Positions 19,543 through 29,807 of a DNA stretch of 64,000 bases are shown here, one piece after another; position 1 is the stretch's first letter, and every line of letters begins with the position of its first letter. Under the pieces are notes generated by a model that saw only the letters and a program-made list of their open reading frames with translations, made no database searches and was not told the DNA's origin. The stretch spans positions 2,077-66,076 of the forward strand of contig CALZUQ010000007.1 in the NCBI GenBank assembly GCA_945829425.1. The letters are read 5' to 3'. A program made the position numbers and the translations under genes. This DNA is from an uncultured bacterium (GTDB lineage Bacteria; Bacteroidota; Bacteroidia; Bacteroidales; Bacteroidaceae).

Positions 19543-20985
19543 TTACAGCATTATGCCGAAGAACCTCAATACGTCGTTAAGGTTCGCAAAAATCATTAAG
19601 GCAAAGAGCAGTATCATGCCGACATACTGCGCATATAGGAGGAACTTGTCGCTTGGTTTCCTGCGCGTTACTATTTCATATAGCAGGAAGAGCACGTGTC
19701 CACCGTCGAGTGCTGGGATAGGAAGAAGGTTCATAAACGCCAGTATGATGGAGAGGAACGCCGTCATCTTCCAGAAAAGCATCCAGTCCCATGCCGGGGG
19801 GAAGAGAGAGCCTATGGCTCCGAATCCACCAAGCGATTTAGCGCCGTCGCTTGTAAAGACATATTTCAAGTCGCTGACATATCCTCCGAGAACATTCAAT
19901 CCATACTCTGTTCCGGCAGGTAAGCTCTCAAGCAGTGTATAGCTTTTATGTGTCGGCTTGTAATAGTTGTATATTGTTGTCTGCACCACGCCCAGCTTCA
20001 GCTCTGGTGAAAGAGTTACGTCAATCGTGTCCCTCTGCTTGTCTGCATGCTCTACGACGAGTGTTGTACGACGTATCTTCATGCTGTCCGCCGTAGTCTT
20101 CGCAGCAGTAAGACAGTCCTCCAACACTCCCAGTTGGTATGTCATCTCATTCCAAGAGTCTATGGCAATACCGTTGAGAGCCACTATGCGGTCACCCTTC
20201 ACCATACCCGCTTTCTCTGCTACGCTTCCCTTGCACACGCTGTCAAGCTCACAAGGCACGAGAGGTCGTGCGAAAACAGGAGTTTTCTGCAGCATGTCGA
20301 GGAGACTTATCTGCTCTGGCGGCATCTGTATGTCCCTCAATGACGTTCCGCGCAAGACATGCACGGTCTTAGCTGTAGAGATGTCGCGGAAGACATCGGC
20401 AGAGAATTCCCGGAAGTTGCCTTTGTCTGTCCCGAGGAGTATATCTCCGTCAGAGAAGCCGAGGCTCTTCGCCTGGTTGTTGAACTTCATGCCCATTGTC
20501 ATGTCTTTCATGGCGATATAGTCCTCTCCCCATGTGTATAATACCGCAGAGTACAGCAGCAAGGCAAGTACGAAATTGACCAGTACTCCTCCGAGCATGA
20601 TGAGCAGCCTCTGCCATGCCGGTTTTCCCCTGAATTCATACGGCTTCGGTTCTGCCTTGAGTTTCTCCACGTCGTGTTGCGTCTCGTCTATCATGCCTTC
20701 TATCTGGCAGTATCCTCCGAGCGGTATCCACCCTATGCCATATTCCGTTCCGTCATATTCATACTCTCCGTCTTCCTTTCTCTTTACAGGCTCTTTTCCT
20801 CTCAGCTTTCTCCACCAGTTAGAATACGTGGAGAACAGCCGGAACTTGAAATCAAAGAATACATAGAATTTGTTCACCCTTACTCCGAAAAGTTTGGAAA
20901 ACAAGAAATGTCCGCCCTCATGGAGAAAAACGAGTATTGACAACGCCAATACCAGTTGCAGGGTTCTGATAAGAAATATTTCCAT
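19543..20985 (-). CDS. rseP: RIP metalloprotease RseP
   Basis: LHEGGH (HExxH), PLGGY, PDZ-like region, NLLPIPALDGGH. Confidence 0.96.
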   Translation of the reverse strand: MEIFLIRTLQLVLALSILVFLHEGGHFLFSKLFGVRVNKFYVFFDFKFRLFSTYSNWWRKLRGKEPVKRKEDGEYEYDGTEYGIGWIPLGGYCQIEGMIDETQHDVEKLKAEPKPYEFRGKPAWQRLLIMLGGVLVNFVLALLLYSAVLYTWGEDYIAMKDMTMGMKFNNQAKSLGFSDGDILLGTDKGNFREFSADVFRDISTAKTVHVLRGTSLRDIQMPPEQISLLDMLQKTPVFARPLVPCELDSVCKGSVAEKAGMVKGDRIVALNGIAIDSWNEMTYQLGVLEDCLTAAKTTADSMKIRRTTLVVEHADKQRDTIDVTLSPELKLGVVQTTIYNYYKPTHKSYTLLESLPAGTEYGLNVLGGYVSDLKYVFTSDGAKSLGGFGAIGSLFPPAWDWMLFWKMTAFLSIILAFMNLLPIPALDGGHVLFLLYEIVTRRKPSDKFLLYAQYVGMILLFALMIFANLNDVLRFFGIML

Positions 20986-21134
20986 TTGTAAAACTGTTAT
21001 GGTGGTAGGATTGTCTTGTTCCTTGCCGTCGCGACAGCAGTCACGCCTACCATGAAAAAAAAGATTATTTTTGTTTTTGTGTCAGGCAACTTCACCCCAT
21101 GCCGTAAAGATTGTGCGGAGGCCGCCCACTATTG

Positions 21135-22295
21135 TTAATGTATGCGTTCCGCCGCTATTCTTCGCGCCTCAGCGTCAGTAGCGAGAAGGTCGTCGAGTGT
21201 AGGACAAGGCACGAAGGTGGCCTTCTGCATGGTCTCAGCAATAATGTCTCCCATCTCAAGGAATCGGCATCTGTCCTTTCTGAACGCCTCGTTGACTATT
21301 TCGTTTGCCGCATTTACTATACACGGCATGTTTCCTCCCTTTTTCAGCGACTCATACGCCATGGCGAGACATCTGAAACGTTCCAAGTCTGGTTCAAAGA
21401 ACTCCAGCTTCTGCTTGAAGAAGTCGAGGCGTTCGCCCGATAACGGTAGACGCTGAGGATAAGAGAAGGCATATTGTATGGGCAGGCGCATGTCCGGCAC
21501 TCCGAGCTGTGCCTTAACGGCACCGTCAACATACTGCACTGCGCTGTGAACTATAGACTGCGGGTGTACGAGCACCTGTATCCTGTCGGCATCTACTCCG
21601 AAGAGCCATCGTGCCTCGATGACTTCAAATCCTTTGTTCATCATGGATGCGGAGTCTATTGTTATCTTAGCCCCCATGTCCCACGTAGGATGCCGTAAGG
21701 CGTCCGCCGCCGTAACGCTCTCCATCTGCTGCAAAGAGAATGAGCGGAAAGGTCCTCCTGACGCGGTTAGCAGGATCTTCTCTATCTCGTTGTCATGGTC
21801 TCCCACAAGGCTCTGAAATATGGCAGAATGCTCGGAGTCTACCGGTAGTATAGGGCATTTGTTCTCCTGTGCCAGCTTCATTATCAGCTCTCCCGCCACG
21901 ACGAGCGTCTCTTTGTTTGCGAGACATATTTTCTTGTGCGCCTTTATGGCATGTATGGTAGGTGTCAGTCCTGCAAAGCCTACCATTGCTGTCAGCACCA
22001 TGTCAATAGGTTCCGCCTGCACAATCTCGTCGAGTGCGTCATGCCCGGCATAGACTTTTATGTCAGGACAGTCGTCGAGCAAATGACACAGACGCTCGTA
22101 GTGCGCCTCGTTGGCAATGACCACGGCAGCCGGCTTGAACCGATGGGCTTGCTCCGCAAGTTTCTCCACATGATTATATGCCGTGAGGCAATATACCTCA
22201 TACAGGTCCGCATGCTCCTCAATGACTTCCAAGGCCTGTGTTCCTATCGAGCCTGTTGAGCCGAGAATACATATCTGTTTTTTCATACTTTTCAA
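21135..22295 (-). CDS. dxr: 1-deoxy-D-xylulose-5-phosphate reductoisomerase
   Basis: LGSTGSIG, LANKE, PVDSEH, LTASGGPF, HPTWDMG, NKGFE (start may be 22286). Confidence 0.99.
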   Translation of the reverse strand: MKSMKKQICILGSTGSIGTQALEVIEEHADLYEVYCLTAYNHVEKLAEQAHRFKPAAVVIANEAHYERLCHLLDDCPDIKVYAGHDALDEIVQAEPIDMVLTAMVGFAGLTPTIHAIKAHKKICLANKETLVVAGELIMKLAQENKCPILPVDSEHSAIFQSLVGDHDNEIEKILLTASGGPFRSFSLQQMESVTAADALRHPTWDMGAKITIDSASMMNKGFEVIEARWLFGVDADRIQVLVHPQSIVHSAVQYVDGAVKAQLGVPDMRLPIQYAFSYPQRLPLSGERLDFFKQKLEFFEPDLERFRCLAMAYESLKKGGNMPCIVNAANEIVNEAFRKDRCRFLEMGDIIAETMQKATFVPCPTLDDLLATDAEARRIAAERIH

Positions 22296-22440
22296 TAAAT
22301 CTTCACGTAAATATCAAGGTGGTTTCTATTATCGCCATCAATATGGTAGTAATTATGAGTCTTCTGCAAATCACTTCCCCTTTTGTCTGGAGTGTCTTGA
22401 AGCAAAGCCTCCCGTCGGAACAGCCGTTTTTTTCCAGACA

Positions 22441-22950
22441 TCACAGTTCGAGAAGTCCTTCGGGTATGGTGAGTGTCAGCGTATGGTGTTCCTGATCGAC
22501 ATCTGTGATAAGCTCTTCAGACGCCGGCAGCAAAGTGCCGTCCTCGAGTTCGAAGAGCATGTTCTCCGTCATATCGTCTACGAAGGCTATTTTCCCCAGC
22601 AGCTTCCCTGTTGTGTCGTCATAAATTTCATATCCTACGAGTTCTGCGTATGTCAGTTCGTCGTCGCCGTCTTCCGCAAGCCGTCTTTCAAAGAACACCT
22701 CACACCCTGTGAGTTGCCTTGCCTTTTCAGCGGAATCTATGTCACAGAATTTCACAAGTGCTATATCATCGTTCTTGAAGCGGTACTCATCCATGAAGAA
22801 AGGCACAAGAATCCCGTCTACTCTCAGTATGACATATTCCGACTCGACCCTGTCGAAGACATCGTCGTCGACCTGCATCTGCAACTCCCCGTGTATGCCA
22901 TGCGTCTTTCCTATCCGCCCAATCTTGTAAACGTCTTTTTCTTGTATCAT
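22441..22950 (-). CDS. rimM: Ribosome maturation factor RimM
   Basis: IGRIGKTHGIHGE; PRC-barrel C-terminus (LLPASEELI..VD..IPEGLL). Confidence 0.95.
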   Translation of the reverse strand: MIQEKDVYKIGRIGKTHGIHGELQMQVDDDVFDRVESEYVILRVDGILVPFFMDEYRFKNDDIALVKFCDIDSAEKARQLTGCEVFFERRLAEDGDDELTYAELVGYEIYDDTTGKLLGKIAFVDDMTENMLFELEDGTLLPASEELITDVDQEHHTLTLTIPEGLLEL

Positions 22951-22960
22951 AACCTTACAG

Positions 22961-24265
22961 TTACTGTCTTGTAATATTCGCCCCGAGAGCGTTCAGTCTC
23001 TGTTCTATGTCCTCATACCCGCGGTCTATCTGTGCTATGTTGGCTATGCGTGAGACACCGTCAGCAGAAAGTGCCGCAATGAGCAGTGCTATGCCCGCCC
23101 TTATGTCCGGCGACGTCATGCGTCCTGCCCTCAGGCGGTGAGCATGGTTCAGTCCTACCACGACGGCGCGGTGTGGGTCACAGAGTATTATGTTCGCTCC
23201 CATGTCAATCAGTTTGTCTACGAAGAAAAGCCTTGACTCAAACATTTTCTGATGCAGCAACACCGAGCCGTTAGCCTGTGTTGCCACGACGAGGAGTACG
23301 CTGAGCAGGTCTGGTGTCAGTCCCGGCCATGGTGCGTCAGACAATGTCATTATCGTGCCGTCCATGAATGACTCTACGCTGTATGTCTCATGCCGTGGTA
23401 TGAAGAGGTCGTCGCCAATCTCTATCACCTCCACTCCGAGCCGGCGAAACACGTCAGGTATCATGCCGAGGTTTGGCAGCGAGACATCCTTTATCTGAAT
23501 GCCGTTGCCCACCATTGCTGCAAGCCCTATGAACGATCCCACCTCAATCATGTCCGGAAGCACCTTGTGGCAACATCCGTGCAGCTCCTTAACTCCGTCA
23601 ATGTTCAGCAGGTTGCTGCCTATTCCCGTAATCTTTGCCCCCATGTTGTTGAGCATACGGCAAAGCTGCTGGATATACGGCTCGCATGCCGCATTGTATA
23701 TCGTCGTAGAGCCTTCAGCAAGTACTGCCGCCATGATGACGTTCGCCGTTCCCGTCACTGACGCTTCGTCAAGGAGCATGTAACACCCTTTCAGCCTTGT
23801 CGCTTTAAGTTCATAGACATCACGCCCCATGACGTGGTCGAACTCTGCTCCGAGGCGTGTAAATCCATAGAAATGCGTGTCGAGTCTTCTCCTGCCTATC
23901 TTGTCTCCGCCCGGCTTTGCCACCACCGCCCTTCCGTATCGACCGAGGAGTGGTCCTATCATAAGCACCGAGCCTCTCAGCGACGAACATTTATTCACGA
24001 ATTCGTCGCTTCCGAGATACTCCAGGTTTAGGCTGTCCGCCTGGAATGTATAGTCATGGCGTGAGTGTCTCGTCACCCTCACCCCTATGTCAGTAAGCAG
24101 TGTTATGAGGTTGTTGACGTCGAGAATATCTGGTATGTTCTCTATCCTTACCGGTTCGTCGGTGAGCAGCGTAGCGCACAAGACCTGCAATGTCTCGTTT
24201 TTCGCACCCTGCGGCGTTATCGTTCCGCTAAGCTGCCGTCCTCCTTCAATGATGAAAGTATCCAT
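22961..24265 (-). CDS. murA: UDP-N-acetylglucosamine 1-carboxyvinyltransferase
   Basis: GAKN, PGGDKIGRR (Asp in place of the fosfomycin-target Cys), ASVTGT, PDMIE, SPDIRAG, IDRGYE. Confidence 0.98.
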   Translation of the reverse strand: MDTFIIEGGRQLSGTITPQGAKNETLQVLCATLLTDEPVRIENIPDILDVNNLITLLTDIGVRVTRHSRHDYTFQADSLNLEYLGSDEFVNKCSSLRGSVLMIGPLLGRYGRAVVAKPGGDKIGRRRLDTHFYGFTRLGAEFDHVMGRDVYELKATRLKGCYMLLDEASVTGTANVIMAAVLAEGSTTIYNAACEPYIQQLCRMLNNMGAKITGIGSNLLNIDGVKELHGCCHKVLPDMIEVGSFIGLAAMVGNGIQIKDVSLPNLGMIPDVFRRLGVEVIEIGDDLFIPRHETYSVESFMDGTIMTLSDAPWPGLTPDLLSVLLVVATQANGSVLLHQKMFESRLFFVDKLIDMGANIILCDPHRAVVVGLNHAHRLRAGRMTSPDIRAGIALLIAALSADGVSRIANIAQIDRGYEDIEQRLNALGANITRQ

Positions 24266-24266
24266 T

Positions 24267-24887
24267 CTACTGTTTCTGTTGATGGTTTACACTTCTTCCT
24301 TTTCCCTTTTTCGACGACCTGTTGTCGATGTTTATATATTCGAATACGAATTTCTCCGGGTCAATTATTACGTCTCCGTCAGAATAACGTGCTATGTCGC
24401 TTATGACCCTCTCGTTGTCCGGCGCAGAGTTTCCGTAGTTCACCACGTTACGCTTCATCTGGTTTGCCACGAGTCTTATCAGTTCGTTGCGTTCTTCTCC
24501 CGGCTTCATGGTTTTCAGATGTTCGAGCGAGCGGAATATGAGGCTTCCGTAATGCCGTACCGGAATGTTGTGCTTCGGATAAGGTAGCGAATCCGGCTTT
24601 ACGGCTATCTGTTCTGCCGTAGTAACCTGGCAGGGATAGTCGATGTCGAGCTTGAAGTCGCTCATGATGGCGAGGTGGTCCCAGAGTTTCTGCATGTAGT
24701 CCTGCTGGTGTTTTATCTCAGGCTTCATACGCGCCATGGCATTTATAATGGTCTCTGCACAGCGTTTCCTCTCCTCGCGGTCAGGTATCTGCACACAATG
24801 CTCTACCATGAGGTGTATGCTACGCCCGTATTCCGGCATCCTCATTTTCGGGCGTGAGGTGTTATAATCCAATCCTTCAAAGGTCAT
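24267..24887 (-). CDS. DUF4290-like protein
   Basis: LDYNT..MPEYGRSI..MV; KLWDHLAIMSDFKLDIDYP; YPKHNI.VRHYG. Confidence 0.88.
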   Translation of the reverse strand: MTFEGLDYNTSRPKMRMPEYGRSIHLMVEHCVQIPDREERKRCAETIINAMARMKPEIKHQQDYMQKLWDHLAIMSDFKLDIDYPCQVTTAEQIAVKPDSLPYPKHNIPVRHYGSLIFRSLEHLKTMKPGEERNELIRLVANQMKRNVVNYGNSAPDNERVISDIARYSDGDVIIDPEKFVFEYINIDNRSSKKGKGRSVNHQQKQ

Positions 24888-25576
24888 AAGAGTTTCTTTG
24901 GTTTTAATGCTATATAATCTTTCAGGTAGAGCGGCACGAAATATGCCACATCTTCCGTCATTCCGTTCATAAGCTTCCTCTCTGCGAGAGGGAACATGTT
25001 CTTTGCCAACGGCTCTATTCCGCTGATGAAATGTGCATTAGGGTGCTTGATGACCTCCCTGCATTTCTCTGCACCGTTTCCGAAGAAGAAGACGGGTCGC
25101 TCGTCAAGGTATTCCTTGTATGTTGCTTCTCCTACGATGTCGGCACGTATCTCGCGCACGGTTTTCAACGCCCTGTCGTATATTGCAGAATAGACCTCCA
25201 TGCGCCGTGCGTCGAGCATGGGACACAGCAATGCATCTTCAGGCATGTCGTCGTGACGTAACAGTACCGGCACCGCCATGACCTCCAGGGTTGGTACGGC
25301 GACAAGCGGTATTCCGAAGCCGTAGCATACTCCCTTTGCCATAGAAACGCCTATGCGCAGCCCGGTGTATGACCCCGGACCCATAGACACCGCCACGGCG
25401 TCAACAGGTATTGCGTGGCTGTCAGCAAAGCCCAACGCCTTGTCGACGTATGCTCCGAGGCTCTCGTTATGGCTTGGCCCCTGCCTGTTCTCTTCGCTGT
25501 ATATACACTTGCCGTCTTCGCTGATAGCCACCGAACAGACGTCTGTACTGGTTTCAATATTGAGTAAACAAGACAT
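24884..25576 (-). CDS. tsaB: tRNA threonylcarbamoyladenosine biosynthesis protein TsaB
   Basis: LNIETSTDVCSVA, GPGSYTGLRIG, DARRMEVY. Confidence 0.97.
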   Translation of the reverse strand: MSCLLNIETSTDVCSVAISEDGKCIYSEENRQGPSHNESLGAYVDKALGFADSHAIPVDAVAVSMGPGSYTGLRIGVSMAKGVCYGFGIPLVAVPTLEVMAVPVLLRHDDMPEDALLCPMLDARRMEVYSAIYDRALKTVREIRADIVGEATYKEYLDERPVFFFGNGAEKCREVIKHPNAHFISGIEPLAKNMFPLAERKLMNGMTEDVAYFVPLYLKDYIALKPKKLL

Positions 25577-25605
25577 ATTTTTCGGGTTAAATGATAATTT
25601 ATCTG

Positions 25606-25644
25606 CAAATTTACTACTTTTTCTCAGAATATTTTGTACTTTTG
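25606..25644. promoter_or_regulatory. Back-to-back divergent promoters (tsaB operon / yicC operon)
   Basis: TAAATTTG on minus (25606-25613) and TACTTTTG on plus (25637-25644) in a 94-bp gap. Confidence 0.7.
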
Positions 25645-25670
25645 CATAAATTTAACGTACAAGTGAGAAA

Positions 25671-26543
25671 ATGATACATTCAATGACCGGTTTCGGCAAG
25701 TCTGCCGTAAGTTTCGACAACAAAAAAATAAACGTTGAGATAAAGTCGCTCAACTCAAAAGCACTTGACATCTCAACACGTATAGCACCCTTATACCGCG
25801 AGAAGGAACTGGAGATAAGACAGCTTATCGCCGAGTACCTCATACGTGGCAAAGTGGACTTTTACATATGGATAGACAAGGGCGATGCGACAAACGCCAC
25901 CCCTGTCAACGCCGACCTTGTGGAGTATTACTACCATCAGATAAACGAGATTGCCTACCACAAGGACATATCTCTGCCACTCGACTGGAGCACCCTGCTA
26001 CGCATGCCGGAGGTTATGACACGCACAGAGGTTGAGGAGCTAACCGACGAGGAATGGGCTGTAGTGCGCAACGCTATAACGGAAGCTCTGTCACAGCTTG
26101 TGGAATACCGCCGTCAGGAAGGCTCTGCCCTGGAGAGGAAGTTCAGGGAGAAGATAGACAATATCGCCCTCTTGCAGAAAGAGCTGGAACAGCATGAGCC
26201 GTCACGCGTTGAGAAGATACGCCAGCGCATCACTGACCAGCTGACGCTCATTCCCGATGTGGAGTATGACCAGAACCGCCTGGAGCAAGAACTGATATAC
26301 TATATCGAGAAGCTCGACATTTCTGAGGAGAAGCAGCGCTTGACACAGCATCTGCAATATTTCCGTGACACCATGGCTCTCGACGAGCCTGTAGGCAAGA
26401 AACTAGGGTTCATAGCACAGGAGATGGGACGCGAGATAAACACGACAGGGTCGAAGAGCAACAACGCCGAGATGCAGAACATTGTGGTGAAGATGAAGGA
26501 CGAACTGGAGCAGATAAAGGAGCAGGTGCTCAACGCATTGTAA
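25671..26543 (+). CDS. YicC/YloC-family endoribonuclease
   Basis: MIHSMTGFG, EIKSLNSK, RGKV, EEKQRL..HL, GKKLGFIAQEMGREINTTGSK. Confidence 0.95.
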   Translation: MIHSMTGFGKSAVSFDNKKINVEIKSLNSKALDISTRIAPLYREKELEIRQLIAEYLIRGKVDFYIWIDKGDATNATPVNADLVEYYYHQINEIAYHKDISLPLDWSTLLRMPEVMTRTEVEELTDEEWAVVRNAITEALSQLVEYRRQEGSALERKFREKIDNIALLQKELEQHEPSRVEKIRQRITDQLTLIPDVEYDQNRLEQELIYYIEKLDISEEKQRLTQHLQYFRDTMALDEPVGKKLGFIAQEMGREINTTGSKSNNAEMQNIVVKMKDELEQIKEQVLNAL

Positions 26544-26584
26544 GAAACGTAATCAAGAACAACGTACCCCCAGCAAGAAAAAAC

Positions 26585-27160
26585 ATGAAGAAAGGAAAAC
26601 TTCTGATATTCTCCGCACCCAGCGGCAGCGGAAAGTCAACCATAGTACACTGGCTCATGGAGACACACCCGGAGCTGAACATGAAATTCTCCATATCCTG
26701 CACCACACGCGCCCCACGCGGTACGGAAAAGGACGGCGTGGACTATTTTTTCCTCACCCCCGAGGAGTTCAAGTCGAAGATTGCAGCCTCTGAGTTTGTG
26801 GAATATGAAGAGGTTTACACAGACAAGTATTACGGCACGCTGAAATCGCAGGTGACACGCCAGAGGGAGTCGGGAGAGAATGTCGTTTTTGACGTTGACG
26901 TGAAGGGTGGGTGTAACATAAAGAAAATCTACGGTGCCGACGCTTTGAGCATTTTCATCCAGCCGCCGTCCGTCGACGAGCTGCGCCGTCGTCTCGTAGG
27001 ACGTAACACCGACAGCCCCGAGGTTATAGAGCAACGTCTCTCAAAGGCGGAGTATGAGCTGACGTTCGCCCCCCTGTTTGATGTCGTGATAGTCAACGAC
27101 GACCTCCAAGAGGCTCAACGTCAGGCTTTTGAAATAATCAACCGATATCTTTCCAAATGA
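26585..27160 (+). CDS. gmk: Guanylate kinase
   Basis: APSGSGKST, SCTTRAPR, YYGT, DVDVKG. Confidence 0.98.
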   Translation: MKKGKLLIFSAPSGSGKSTIVHWLMETHPELNMKFSISCTTRAPRGTEKDGVDYFFLTPEEFKSKIAASEFVEYEEVYTDKYYGTLKSQVTRQRESGENVVFDVDVKGGCNIKKIYGADALSIFIQPPSVDELRRRLVGRNTDSPEVIEQRLSKAEYELTFAPLFDVVIVNDDLQEAQRQAFEIINRYLSK

Positions 27161-27765
27161 CCATAGGACTCTTCGGCGGCACATTCGACCCGCCCCATAT
27201 AGCTCACACCTCCTTAGCCGAGACATTCCGCCGTCAGCTCCTTCTCGACGAGGTGTGGCTTCTCGTCACTCCCCAGAACCCTTGGAAGAGAGACCAACGT
27301 CTCACTTCCGACGACCGGCGCATGGCGATGACGCGCCTTGCCGTGGACGGGCATGAGGGGCTTGTTGCCTCCGACTATGAGTTCCACCTTCCCAAGCCGA
27401 CCTACACGTTCCAGACGTTGCGCCACCTGCGTGACGACTTTCCGCAGCATGACTTCACCTTGCTTGTCGGCGGCGACAACTGGGAGGCGTTCGACCATTG
27501 GGCGGAATACCGTGAGATACTGAGCTGTCACGACATTGCGGTATATCCGCGTCCGGGATGTAAGGTGACGACCCCAGATGCTGTCAGCACGTTCCTCGCC
27601 TCGCCCGCCTCCGGAAGTCACGGCAGGATTACGATACTGAAGGCGGAGCAATACCCCGTAAGCAGCACTATGATACGCGAGAAGGTGGCGTCACATGAAG
27701 ACATAAGCCTCTACACCGCACCTCGTGTAAGAGAGTATATCCTGAAAAACGGCATATACCTGTAG
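27157..27765 (+). CDS. nadD: Nicotinate-nucleotide adenylyltransferase
   Basis: GGTFDPPHIAH, TYTFQTL, VGGDN, SSTMIR; ATGA overlap with gmk. Confidence 0.96.
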   Translation: MTIGLFGGTFDPPHIAHTSLAETFRRQLLLDEVWLLVTPQNPWKRDQRLTSDDRRMAMTRLAVDGHEGLVASDYEFHLPKPTYTFQTLRHLRDDFPQHDFTLLVGGDNWEAFDHWAEYREILSCHDIAVYPRPGCKVTTPDAVSTFLASPASGSHGRITILKAEQYPVSSTMIREKVASHEDISLYTAPRVREYILKNGIYL

Positions 27766-27828
27766 CGGCAATACGGGCACATCCACCTCTTTACGTGCCA
27801 AAGCCTGTAAGACATAAAGAAAGAAAAC

Positions 27829-29673
27829 ATGAAAAGACTAAAGAAATGGATGAACATATTCTCCTTGCCCATTTCATGCAACGGTGAGTTCTTCGTATTC
27901 ATGTACATCCTCGGCATGGTGTCCGCTGTATGTACCGTGTTCTTCCAATGGAAGCAGACGTTGTATGAAGGCTCATGGTGGGAGGTTGCGCTATGGCTCT
28001 ACGTCATAGCGGCACTGCTGACATGCCTGCCGAGGCGGCTGCGTGGAGTAGTGCGCGGCATACTCTACGTCGTGGCGTACACGGTGTCGTTAGCCGACGT
28101 ATATTGCTTTGTGAAGTTCGAGTCGCCACTGAACCCTTCCATGCTCATGCTTGTCGGCGAGACGGATGTCAGAGAGGCTGGAGAGTTTTTCAGCGCATAC
28201 CTCTCGCCGGACATTCTTCTGAGCAATGTCGGCTGGGTGTTGCTCGTCCTCACAGCTCACGTCCTTTGGACAATACACCGCAAGTGTCGCCGCCCTAAGC
28301 GTCTGATAATGTGTGAGGAGGGCATTACGGCTTTTTTGGCGAAACACACGACGGCGTGCAGCACAGTCATCGTGGCCTTACTGGCTGCAGCGGCAACGTT
28401 CAGCTCACGCAACCTCCGTGAGCTGCATACCCTCATGACCTTGGACACCCTCGGAGCGGTGGAGCATAAGCTGACGGAGAAAGACAGCGGAAAACAGTTC
28501 CTCCCACTCTACCGTCTGGGCTTCAGCATATATGCCAACAGCCTTGCTGCAAAGCAGATAGACATCCTGCGGCATGTCTCGGAAGAGATACGCGTAGACA
28601 GCTGCTCGTTCACCTCACCAGAGATTGTCCTCATCATTGGCGAGTCTTACAACAAATACCACTCACAGCTTTACGGCTACCAATACCCTACCACGCCACG
28701 CCAGCTTGCCCTGAAACGTGAAGGCTCGCTGGTTCCGTTTACTGACGTCGTGACCCCGTGGAACCTCACGAGCTTTGTATTCAAACACCTCCTGCCGACA
28801 TATGCCGCAGGCGATGAGGGTGAATGGTGTGATTACCCCATGTTCACGCAGATATTCCGAAAAGCCGGATATCACGTCACCTTCCTCACCAACGAGTTCC
28901 TGCCCAAGGCAAAGCAGGCTGTATATGACTTCAGCGGCGGCTTTTTCCTCAACGACCCTCAACTCTCAGCATCACAGTTTGACTCGCGCAACAGTGAGCT
29001 GCACGTCTTCGACGAAGGACTTCTTCACGACTACCGTCGCCTTCAGGACCGTGACCGCCAGAAGGGCGACACACTGCGGCGTGGCAACCTCACAATATTC
29101 CACCTCATAGGCCAGCACCAGGACTACCGCATACGCTGTCCGAAGTCAAAGAAGCATTTCACACCCGACGACTATTCTGACCGCACTGACCTGAAGCCGA
29201 AATGGAAGCGTAACCTCTGCAACTATGACAACGCGACCTTATACAACGACTCCATAGTAGAGAGAATAACGGACTTGTTCAAGGACAAGGAAGCGATAGT
29301 GATATATGTCCCCGACCACGGCGAGGAGGTTCACTCGCGCGAACTGCCGCATTTCTCCGGGCGCATGCACTCCGCCACCATCATAAAACGTCTGGCACGC
29401 GAGGAGTTTGAGATACCGTTCTGGATATGGACATCGCGACAGTACAGCACGAAGCATCCGGACATCTGCCGAAGCATAAGGCTCGCAGCAGGACAACCAT
29501 ATATGATTGACGCACTGGCAAACACCATGCTCTTTCTCGGCGGCATACACTGCCCGTACTACCGCAGCCGCCTGGACATCCTCTCGCCAGACTACGACAC
29601 CACACGTCCGCGCATACTGAAAAATCAGGTTGACTACGACAAGATAATGACTGGAGAGGAGAAAGTCCATTAA
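27829..29673 (+). CDS. Phosphoethanolamine-transferase-like membrane enzyme (EptA/CptA, alkaline-phosphatase superfamily)
   Basis: N-terminal TM helices; IIGES, catalytic-Thr region TPWNLT, HLIGQH, NYDN, PDHGE. Confidence 0.88.
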   Translation: MKRLKKWMNIFSLPISCNGEFFVFMYILGMVSAVCTVFFQWKQTLYEGSWWEVALWLYVIAALLTCLPRRLRGVVRGILYVVAYTVSLADVYCFVKFESPLNPSMLMLVGETDVREAGEFFSAYLSPDILLSNVGWVLLVLTAHVLWTIHRKCRRPKRLIMCEEGITAFLAKHTTACSTVIVALLAAAATFSSRNLRELHTLMTLDTLGAVEHKLTEKDSGKQFLPLYRLGFSIYANSLAAKQIDILRHVSEEIRVDSCSFTSPEIVLIIGESYNKYHSQLYGYQYPTTPRQLALKREGSLVPFTDVVTPWNLTSFVFKHLLPTYAAGDEGEWCDYPMFTQIFRKAGYHVTFLTNEFLPKAKQAVYDFSGGFFLNDPQLSASQFDSRNSELHVFDEGLLHDYRRLQDRDRQKGDTLRRGNLTIFHLIGQHQDYRIRCPKSKKHFTPDDYSDRTDLKPKWKRNLCNYDNATLYNDSIVERITDLFKDKEAIVIYVPDHGEEVHSRELPHFSGRMHSATIIKRLAREEFEIPFWIWTSRQYSTKHPDICRSIRLAAGQPYMIDALANTMLFLGGIHCPYYRSRLDILSPDYDTTRPRILKNQVDYDKIMTGEEKVH

Positions 29674-29807
29674 GCTCACTTGCAGTATATGAAAGCTACT
29701 CCTTAACAAAAATATAAGGTCAGTTACCTTTATCATATATGTCGGCTAAACCTTATTATATATATAGCAGCCATTACATTACACCAAGCAAAACAACGAC
29801 AAAGACC

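Noticed and set aside
22296-22440. 145-bp gap between rimM and dxr as a gene remnant
   Set aside because: No recognisable coding frame or structure found.
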